Below, one piece after another: positions 57,606-64,000 of a stretch of DNA of 64,000 nucleotides (positions are counted from its first letter, which is position 1; every line of letters starts with the position of its first letter). The notes under the pieces are model-generated. The model was not told where the DNA came from. It was given only the letters and a program-made list of their open reading frames with translations, and did not search any database. The translations under genes were made by a program, and so were the position numbers. Origin of the DNA: a virus; the IMG/VR virus record IMGVR_UViG_3300033233_000015, positions 46,082 through 110,081 of that record, one strand, 5' to 3'.

Positions 57606-57842
57606 ATGGATACGCCGACCGAGGTGTGCTGCTTCATCGTGTCCGACCACGGCGAATACGAATCGTTGTGGTTCTACTTGTGCGCGGCGTTTTGCCTGGA
57701 TCACGCTGCGAAGCTCGCGCGCATCAAGGGCATCGTGTCCGTCGAACTGTTCGCCGAGCGGTACGCATCGTCACGCGCTATTTGTTGGCGTTGGGAGAGA
57801 CCGAGACCCATTCGTCGCGCGCGCTTGAGGAGGACCGCATGA
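57606..57842 (+). CDS. hypothetical protein
   Basis: AAGGAG SD. Confidence 0.5.
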   Translation: MDTPTEVCCFIVSDHGEYESLWFYLCAAFCLDHAAKLARIKGIVSVELFAERYASSRAICWRWERPRPIRRARLRRTA

Positions 57843-57931
57843 AAGAAGTCACCGTCACGCTGACGCCCGAGCAGGTGAAGATGCTTCTGCTCGTCGTCGA
57901 GCGCGGCATGTCGATTCCATGCTTATCCGGT

Positions 57932-58951
57932 TCATGCACTTTCACGGATCTCCCCGGCGTGCTCGGGGTGTCCCGAGTACAGGCCCGCGTATGTATGCGC
58001 CTCCGAATCTGCCGCAATGCCGAGCAGCGAACGGAAGCTGTTGAAAGGATAGAAACGCCTGTTGAAGCGAAACGTGAACTCGTTGCAGTACGCCTGCAAA
58101 TGCTGGGGGTCGACGCCGTGGTGAACGCCGTTGATCCAAGTCTTCAAGTTGGAGAACACCAAGTGAATCATGGGCAAATACTCTTCGGCGATCCGCGCCT
58201 CGTCGCGCTCGGCGACCGGCAAGTGATCGAAGCCGCGCTCAGCGAGGCTCGCGTATCCGGACCAGGCGTCGGTCACGACGAACGTGCCGCTCTCCACGGA
58301 GTCCTCGACGAAGCGGCAGAGGCTCTTCGCGGTGCGGTTCGGCACGACGGAGAGGCGAAGACGACCGGCGTAGCGACCGCCGCGACGCGGCACGGCTTTG
58401 GACTGCGGGCTCACGTTGAGCACCTTCGCTTGTCGGTTCCGCACTTCGACCGCGCCCGCGACGACGATGCCGTGGTGAACGCCTTTGCCCTCTCCGCGAG
58501 TCTTTCCGCCGACGTAGGTCTCGTCAACCTCGACGGGAAGCGCGCCGCCGATGCGGTCGCGGCCGGGGCGCACCATACCGGCGCGGAGCTTGTGGAGGAT
58601 CTGGAAGGCCGTCTCGTAGCGCGTGAGCCCGAGCTGCCTCTGGAACTGGACGGCGCTCATGCCAGGCGTGAGGCTCGTGAGCAGGTACGCGCCCCAAAAC
58701 CAAACGCTCATCGGTGTGTGCGAGTCCTGCATGACGGTGCCGGACATCAATCGCGTTTCCTTCCGGCAACTTCGACACCGGAGGACGTGCGGTCGCGTGG
58801 CGATGCGGCCAGGCTCGCCCTTGGCTTTGCATGTCGGGCACTCGAAGCCGGTACGAAAGCGGATCTGCTCCAAGTAACTGGCGCACGCGGCATCGTCGGG
58901 GAAGAGACGCTGGAAGTCGGGGAGCGACTTCGGGAAGGGGAGATCGGCCAT
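57932..58951 (-). CDS. tnp: IS1595-family DDE transposase
   Basis: Zn ribbon CPTC/CRSC, HTH, VEVDETYVGG, VTDAWSGY, HLQAYCNEFTFRFNRR. Confidence 0.93.
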   Translation of the reverse strand: MADLPFPKSLPDFQRLFPDDAACASYLEQIRFRTGFECPTCKAKGEPGRIATRPHVLRCRSCRKETRLMSGTVMQDSHTPMSVWFWGAYLLTSLTPGMSAVQFQRQLGLTRYETAFQILHKLRAGMVRPGRDRIGGALPVEVDETYVGGKTRGEGKGVHHGIVVAGAVEVRNRQAKVLNVSPQSKAVPRRGGRYAGRLRLSVVPNRTAKSLCRFVEDSVESGTFVVTDAWSGYASLAERGFDHLPVAERDEARIAEEYLPMIHLVFSNLKTWINGVHHGVDPQHLQAYCNEFTFRFNRRFYPFNSFRSLLGIAADSEAHTYAGLYSGHPEHAGEIRESA

Positions 58952-59194
58952 CTATGCACCCTCCTGAGGTCCGGCAGACTCGCGACCGGAAGGCGTGATC
59001 GTGACTACGGTGCCGCCTTGAATGACGTCCTGATCGGCCTTCACGAGGCCGTAGCGATGCAGCGCGCGCAGCGTGGGGAGACTCGCGAAGCGCTTCAAGT
59101 TTCCGGCGTACGCCGATCCCGAAGCCGTCTCGCGAAGAGCGCGCAGAGCTTTTCTCTGCGCTGGCGAGATGTCGTCCCAATCTCCGCGCGGCAT
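58952..59194 (-). CDS. IS passenger, winged-HTH-like small protein
   Basis: GAGG SD; TLRALHRYGLV...ITPSGR. Confidence 0.55.
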   Translation of the reverse strand: MPRGDWDDISPAQRKALRALRETASGSAYAGNLKRFASLPTLRALHRYGLVKADQDVIQGGTVVTITPSGRESAGPQEGA

Positions 59195-59710
59195 CTACGC
59201 CCCCTCACGAATGAGGAGGGCAGCGAGACGCTCGCGAATGTGATCAGCCGTTACGTGTGTCGCCGAAGCGCGCTCGCACGCATCGAGCGAATCGCACGCC
59301 TCTCTGAGCATATCGAGCAACTCGGGCGCGGCGGCGATGAGATAACCGTCAGCGGCGTTGATCTGGTAGGTAGCCACGTGGCGCCCACGCCCGCCGTCCG
59401 CTCGGATCTGCACACCACGGAGTCCCCACGGACCGCTCGTGCGCTTGCCCTCGAACGCGGTCTCTTGCGCCGGACGAGCGTCACCAGGTCCGCCCAGGCG
59501 CGTCAAGTGCGCTTCCAGTTTCACGAGGTGCTCCGCGTCGGCCGCGTAGATTGCCTCACCGCCATCGCCCGAGTGCTTCTCGTCGTCTCGCGACCCGTAG
59601 TTCGCGACGTACCCAGCGAGGTCGCCGCCGCACCGCTCGATCCAACGCTTCTGCTGGTCAATCTCGCTGACCAACCACGCGACTTTGCTGTCCCTGCTAG
59701 CCTTGTCCAT
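59195..59710 (-). CDS. IS passenger, phage-like protein
   Basis: AAGGAG SD; TSGPW...ADGYLIAAAPELL motif. Confidence 0.6.
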   Translation of the reverse strand: MDKASRDSKVAWLVSEIDQQKRWIERCGGDLAGYVANYGSRDDEKHSGDGGEAIYAADAEHLVKLEAHLTRLGGPGDARPAQETAFEGKRTSGPWGLRGVQIRADGGRGRHVATYQINAADGYLIAAAPELLDMLREACDSLDACERASATHVTADHIRERLAALLIREGA

Positions 59711-59932
59711 GTTCGTAGCTCCTTTCAGTTACGGACCACGGCCGGGGCGGCGCCAACCGCGCCCGGCTACTTCATCCAATGTAGCACCGGGCTCTGGTGT
59801 GTCAACCGGATAAGCATGGTCGATTCATCCCGCCGACGCCGACATCATCGCGAGGCGGCTCCGAAAGTCTCTCCCTGACTTCGATCCGTGCGACGAGTCT
59901 CTCGTCGCGACACCGTTCACGAGAGGAAGAAA

Positions 59933-60307
59933 ATGAGGCTCGTCGTCATCGAATCTCCGTACGCCTCACCGCTCAACGGTGGTGTTGCGGCGAACATCCA
60001 CTACGCGCGCCGATGCCTGCGCGACTGCCTTCGTCGTGGCGAAGCTCCGCTTGCGAGCCATCTCCTCTACACGCAGGACGACGTGCTTGACGACTCGAAA
60101 CCCGAAGAACGAGCGATCGGCATCCGCGCGGGACACGCGTGGTATGTCGCTGCAAAAGCATGCATCGTCTACGTCGATCAGGGGATCTCGAACGGCATGC
60201 GCGCAGGCGTCGCGGCTGCGAAGGGGGCAGGTGTCGTCGTGGAGTTCCGATCGCTGCACGGCGATCGCGAGAAGGTGACAGCGGCGATGGGGGAATTTTC
60301 GTGGTGA
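59933..60307 (+). CDS. conserved phage protein (nucleoside deoxyribosyltransferase-like fold suspected)
   Basis: MRLVVIESPYA...YARRCLRDCL..GEAPLASHLLY...GISNGM. Confidence 0.7.
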   Translation: MRLVVIESPYASPLNGGVAANIHYARRCLRDCLRRGEAPLASHLLYTQDDVLDDSKPEERAIGIRAGHAWYVAAKACIVYVDQGISNGMRAGVAAAKGAGVVVEFRSLHGDREKVTAAMGEFSW

Positions 60308-60329
60308 CGGAGACGATCACTTCCGAATC

Positions 60330-60358
60330 TTGACGTGACCATCGCGCCTCGGTAGAGT
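60330..60358 (+). promoter_or_regulatory. sigma70-like promoter of the replication operon
   Basis: TTGACG-N17-TAGAGT. Confidence 0.65.
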
Positions 60359-60397
60359 CGTCGTTGAGGCAACGGGGTGTAGCAGCCCTGACGTCTC

Positions 60398-60504
60398 CAC
60401 CGTCCCGCGAGAAGTCGCGCGGCACGCGCTCGTCGGGCCGGGCTCTCCCTTTCCGGCGACTGCTACCGCGCGAGCAGCGCCGAGCGGCCTCTCGCGGGGC
60501 GGTG
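60398..60504 (+). ncRNA. C4/CI-like structured regulatory RNA
   Basis: Long stem; unpaired CTGCTAC and TCTCCCTTT are complementary to flanking GTAGCAG and AAAGGGAGA. Confidence 0.55.
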
Positions 60505-60534
60505 CGGATGAAAACTCAAAGGGAGAACGGGACC

Positions 60535-60558
60535 ATGCTCGGTCGCGTACAGGGATGA
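60535..60558 (+). CDS. 7-aa leader peptide MLGRVQG coupled to the primase gene
   Basis: GGGAG SD at 60521-60525; stop overlaps ATG 60555. Confidence 0.45.
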   Translation: MLGRVQG

Positions 60559-63212
60559 TGTCGCTTTCGTTGCCCGCAACGCTCGGCATCATCGACACCG
60601 TAGAACACGCCATCGAGACCTACCTCGCGTCTGGTCTGAGGCCGATCCTCATCCACGCGCCCGTCGAAGGCGGCGGATGCACGTGCGGACGATCGAACTG
60701 CGGCAAGAGCGCCGGCAAGCACCCGATCGCCAAGAACTGGCAGAGCCGCGCCGCGACGCGCGACGAGCTCTACGATCAACTCGCCCGTCTGAAGTTCATC
60801 CCGAACGTGGGCACCGTGCTCGGAGACCAACCGGGCGGCCAGTACCTCATCGCGGTCGACATCGACGACGCGGATCGCTTCAAGATGCTCGAGGACGAGC
60901 TCGGCACGCTTCCCGAGACGCCGCAGTGCGATTCGGGACGCGGAACGCGCCTCTTCTTCGAATCTCCACCCGAGGTCGACGCGAGCACGTTCGTCAACGT
61001 CACGGGGCTACGCGACGAGCCCGGTGTCGACGTCAAGATCAAGGGCGGTCAAGTCGTCGTCGCGCCGAGCCGTCACCAAAGCGGACGAACGTACAAGTGG
61101 TCGCGCGTCGGTCCGATCGCGACGCTCCCCGTCGCGTGGGCGCTCGAGCTCGTTCGAACGCCGACGCCGAAGTGGGTGCAGAGCTTCACGCCGCAGACGA
61201 TGAACGCGGACAAGCGCGCGAAGAAGCGCGCCGAGGCATACCTCGAGACCGCCGTCATCCGCGACACGGCCGCGCTCGCGGCGTGCGGCGAGGGCATGCG
61301 CAACACGACGCTCCATAACCGCACCGTGTCGCTCCTATCGCTCTGCGCGGGGATGCACCTCGGAGCGAGCTGGTCGTACGTCATCGATCAACTCCACAAG
61401 GCCGCGCGCGCGTGCGGACTTCAAGAGACTGAGGTTCAGCGAACAATCGCGAGCGCGGAGAAGTACGTGCGCGAGTCGGGCGCAGTGCGCATGCCCGTGG
61501 GGCTCGCCGAGCCTCCGCCCGTCGAGCGACCGACCGAGGCGTCCGCCGTTTCGACGACGGCACCGACCGAGCCTCCGCCCGCCGCCTCAACGCCTCAGCG
61601 TCCCGTCATCCTGGTCACGTCGGAGCTGCACGAAAACGTCGACGCCTCCGTCATCGCGATCAAGTCGGACCCGAACCTCTACCAGCGCGACGGCAAGCTC
61701 GTGTTCGTCACGCGCGTCTCGCGCGAGGAGAGCGACTCCTCACCCGTCATAAAGACCGATGACGGCGAAGTGCATCGCCAGCTCGTCGAGGGCAGTCCGC
61801 AGATCCGCGAGATGGGGATCTCCACGCTTCGCGAGCGGCTCACGCGCGTGGCTGTCTTTCAGAAGTTCGTCGGATCGACGGGCAAGTGCAAACCGATCCT
61901 CCCGACCGACGCCATCGTGGGCGCCGTGCGCGAGCGCGGCGAGTGGCCAAGCATTCGTCACATCGTCGGCGTGGTGGAGACGCCGATGCTGCGATCGGAC
62001 GGAACGGTGATGCAGACGCCTGGTTATGATCCGCACACGAACTACCTCTATCTGCCTGGCGAGAGCTTCCCCGCGATCCTTGATGAAGCGGCGACGCAGG
62101 ATCACGCGAAGTGGGCTTTCAAATACTTGTGCGAGGTCTTCCACGATTTTCCGTACGTGAACGCGGCGCATCGATCGGTTCCCATCGCCGCGATCCTGAC
62201 GCTCGTGGCGCGGCCGGCAATCATCGGTTCCGTGCCGGCGTTCCTCTTCGACGCCTCAACACGCGGGAGCGGCAAGACGCTCCAGACCGATGCCATCGCG
62301 ACGATCGCGACGGGGCGCGGAGCGCCGCGCATGAACTACACGACGAACGAGGAGGAGCTCGAGAAGATCCTCGGCGGCTACGCGCTCATGGGCTCGCCGT
62401 TCATCTGCCTGGACAACGTGCCCGCCATGCGTCCGTTCGGCGGCGGTCCGCTCGATCGCGTCATCACCGCGCGCGACAAGGTGCACCTGCGCGTGCTCGG
62501 CAGAACGCAGGTTCTCGAGCTCGTATGGCGCGCGATCGTCATGGCGACGGGCAACAACCTCACCTGCTTCGGCGACACCGCGCGGCGCGTGATCATGGCT
62601 CGCCTCGAGCCCGCGGAAGAGAATCCAGAGCGACGAACGAACTTCCTTCACCATCCACTGCTACCGTGGGTGAGCTCGCAGCGCACGCGGCTCGTCAGTG
62701 CAGCGCTCCTCCTCCTGCGCGCGTACTTCCGTGCGGGTCGACCCGACATGGGCTGCGCGCAGTGGGGCAGCTTCGAGGAATGGGCGCGGATCATTCCGCA
62801 CGCGATCGTGTTCGCCGGCGGAACCGATCCGATGCTCGCGCGTCCCGAGAGCGACGAGGAGGTCGACGTCGAAACGCAGGCGCTCGCGTGTCTGCTCGAG
62901 CAGCTTCCGAAGCTGCACACGAAGCTCCACGACCTGGCTCCCGAAAGCGTCAACGGGATCGGCGTCGCGGCTCGCACCATCATCGCGGCGCTCTACGAGC
63001 AGTCGCCCGAGTGGCCCGAGTTCGAACCGATGAGGGATGCGGTCGAGACGCTCTGCAAGCCCAAAGGGAACAACAGCCCCGACGCCAACGCGCTCGGCTA
63101 CAAGCTCCGCGCGCTACGCGCGCGCCCCATCGCGGGTCGAAAGCTCGTCGGGACCATGAGCCGCACCCACGTGATGATGTGGAAGGTGGACAGCGCATCG
63201 GCGCCGTCGTGA
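60555..63212 (+). CDS. Bifunctional primase-polymerase fused to a P-loop helicase-like domain
   Basis: CTCG..C..GKHP, NVG..., AVDID, VVVAPSRHQSG..YKW, GMRNTTL (PriCT-like), Walker A STRGSGKT, ICLDN, ATGNN, RR. Confidence 0.88.
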   Translation: MMSLSLPATLGIIDTVEHAIETYLASGLRPILIHAPVEGGGCTCGRSNCGKSAGKHPIAKNWQSRAATRDELYDQLARLKFIPNVGTVLGDQPGGQYLIAVDIDDADRFKMLEDELGTLPETPQCDSGRGTRLFFESPPEVDASTFVNVTGLRDEPGVDVKIKGGQVVVAPSRHQSGRTYKWSRVGPIATLPVAWALELVRTPTPKWVQSFTPQTMNADKRAKKRAEAYLETAVIRDTAALAACGEGMRNTTLHNRTVSLLSLCAGMHLGASWSYVIDQLHKAARACGLQETEVQRTIASAEKYVRESGAVRMPVGLAEPPPVERPTEASAVSTTAPTEPPPAASTPQRPVILVTSELHENVDASVIAIKSDPNLYQRDGKLVFVTRVSREESDSSPVIKTDDGEVHRQLVEGSPQIREMGISTLRERLTRVAVFQKFVGSTGKCKPILPTDAIVGAVRERGEWPSIRHIVGVVETPMLRSDGTVMQTPGYDPHTNYLYLPGESFPAILDEAATQDHAKWAFKYLCEVFHDFPYVNAAHRSVPIAAILTLVARPAIIGSVPAFLFDASTRGSGKTLQTDAIATIATGRGAPRMNYTTNEEELEKILGGYALMGSPFICLDNVPAMRPFGGGPLDRVITARDKVHLRVLGRTQVLELVWRAIVMATGNNLTCFGDTARRVIMARLEPAEENPERRTNFLHHPLLPWVSSQRTRLVSAALLLLRAYFRAGRPDMGCAQWGSFEEWARIIPHAIVFAGGTDPMLARPESDEEVDVETQALACLLEQLPKLHTKLHDLAPESVNGIGVAARTIIAALYEQSPEWPEFEPMRDAVETLCKPKGNNSPDANALGYKLRALRARPIAGRKLVGTMSRTHVMMWKVDSASAPS

Positions 63213-63259
63213 ACAAGTCGTCGGCTCGCACGTGCGGAGCGACGAAATCTTCACGCGAA

Positions 63260-63461
63260 GATCCCCATCCTGAAAAACTCAATGATTCTATGATCTGATG
63301 ATGGGGATGATGGGGATGATGGGGATCGTACCGCCGTGGTTCTTGAAAAATCTTGGAGATGGGGATTGCACAACGGGCTATCTGCGCTGCGTGTGCGCGC
63401 GCCACGCTCCCGATTTCTCGGTAACTGCTGCGGCAGGATCCCCATCATCGCCATCATCCCC
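63260..63461. repeat. Iteron-like GATGGGGAT repeats, candidate replication origin
   Basis: Three tandem copies from 63300, one at 63358, inverted copies near 63260 and 63437-63461, AT-rich spacers, just after the primase-helicase. Confidence 0.65.
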
Positions 63462-63488
63462 TGCACCTCTACCGAACGGGAGGAAACG

Positions 63489-63692
63489 ATGGCTAGGGTG
63501 AAAATCGGTCTCTGCCCGGCGTGCGCCATCCTGCTGCGCCGAGCCCGCGACGACGCGCGCGCGGCGGGCCGCGACGCCAACGCCGCCATCGCGGCGGCGA
63601 CCAAAGACCTCTGCGCGACGTGCCTGTCGGCGCTCCCGCCGCCGGCCGCAGCGGCGGTCCGCGCGCGAGGGTCGTGGTGGAGAGGACGATGA
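63489..63692 (+). CDS. small Zn-finger protein
   Basis: GGAGG SD; CPAC...CATC. Confidence 0.55.
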   Translation: MARVKIGLCPACAILLRRARDDARAAGRDANAAIAAATKDLCATCLSALPPPAAAAVRARGSWWRGR

Positions 63693-64000
63693 CGGAGGCG
63701 GAAGCGCTCGAGCGATGGGAGAGCGAATGCGCGGAGTGGAGCGCGATCGGTCGCGAGCTCGTACTGCGAAGCAGTGACACCGGCTGCTTCCGACAGGTCG
63801 CGTAGCCACGACACCTCGTCAGGCGTCATCCGAACACGGAGCGTGAACGTCTTAGGTGCAGGACGCACGAAGAGTCCGTTCTTTTTCTTCACGACGGTTC
63901 TTCTGCATCAGGCGGAATGCTTCCCGGTGCATCGAAGATCGATTTGCGGTCGAGCCAACGATGTCCAATCCACTCGCCTTCTTTCGACATCCATTTTTGT

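Larger units (their letters stand above)
57918..59818 (-). mobile_element. IS1595-family element with two passenger genes
   Basis: 22-bp imperfect TIR (outer 15 bp CATGCTTATCCGGTT perfect); 8-bp TSD GTCGATTC at 57910-57917 and 59819-59826. Confidence 0.93.
57839..59936 (+). pseudogene. Small gene interrupted by the IS1595 element
   Basis: Removing the IS and one TSD restores MKEVTVTL...GMSIHPADADII...RGRK*, coupled to both neighbours. Confidence 0.8.
1..64000. mobile_element. Virus/prophage genome segment, probably a tailless membrane-containing dsDNA virus
   Basis: Continuous tightly coupled (ATGA/GTGA overlap) phage-type ORFs; primase-helicase, recombinase, MTase, HNH/GIY-YIG nucleases, lysins; no housekeeping genes; ends not visible. 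Confidence 0.85.

Noticed and set aside
57626-59878. 750-aa plus-strand ORF
   Set aside because: Mostly the antisense shadow of the IS1595 transposase and passengers; only the part just before the IS belongs to the interrupted gene
63251-63892. 213-aa minus-strand ORF with an RHH-like start
   Set aside because: Only the first ~45 aa look protein-like; the rest overlaps plus-strand ORFs and the iteron region, so it was not annotated
1-64000. tRNA/rRNA genes, reverse transcriptase (DGR/retron), attL/attR
   Set aside because: None recognised by eye; tRNAscan-SE and HMM searches are needed to exclude them formally

Overview
High-GC, gene-dense window that reads as most of one bacterial virus or prophage genome; no host housekeeping genes are seen. 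The host is probably Myxococcota (Polyangiaceae-like), which is an inference. Layout: (1) 1-9.3 kb, DNA-modification/early module: DpdA/TGT-like gene, HNH gene, a frameshifted C5-methyltransferase with a second subunit in an overlapping frame, ParB-like and PAPS-reductase-like genes. (2) About 9.4-41.7 kb, putative virion module with no recognisable terminase, portal, HK97 capsid or tail genes. It holds three related beta-rich capsid candidates, an Arg-rich core-like protein, a transglutaminase-like Cys protease, GroES, about 12 tail-anchored membrane proteins (several sharing a Gly-rich motif), spike candidates and many cell-wall enzymes. This suggests a large tailless, membrane-containing virus, possibly single-jelly-roll. 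(3) 43.5-50.7 kb, Cre-like recombinase with a candidate core site, plus candidate cargo/anti-defence genes. (4) 50.7-56.3 kb, leftward small ORFs and a divergent switch with an RHH repressor. (5) A complete IS1595-family element (22-bp TIR, 8-bp TSD, two passenger genes) splitting a small gene. (6) A C4/CI-like structured RNA and leader peptide ahead of a primase-polymerase/helicase, followed by iteron-like repeats. All calls come from motif recognition by eye; no searches were run.
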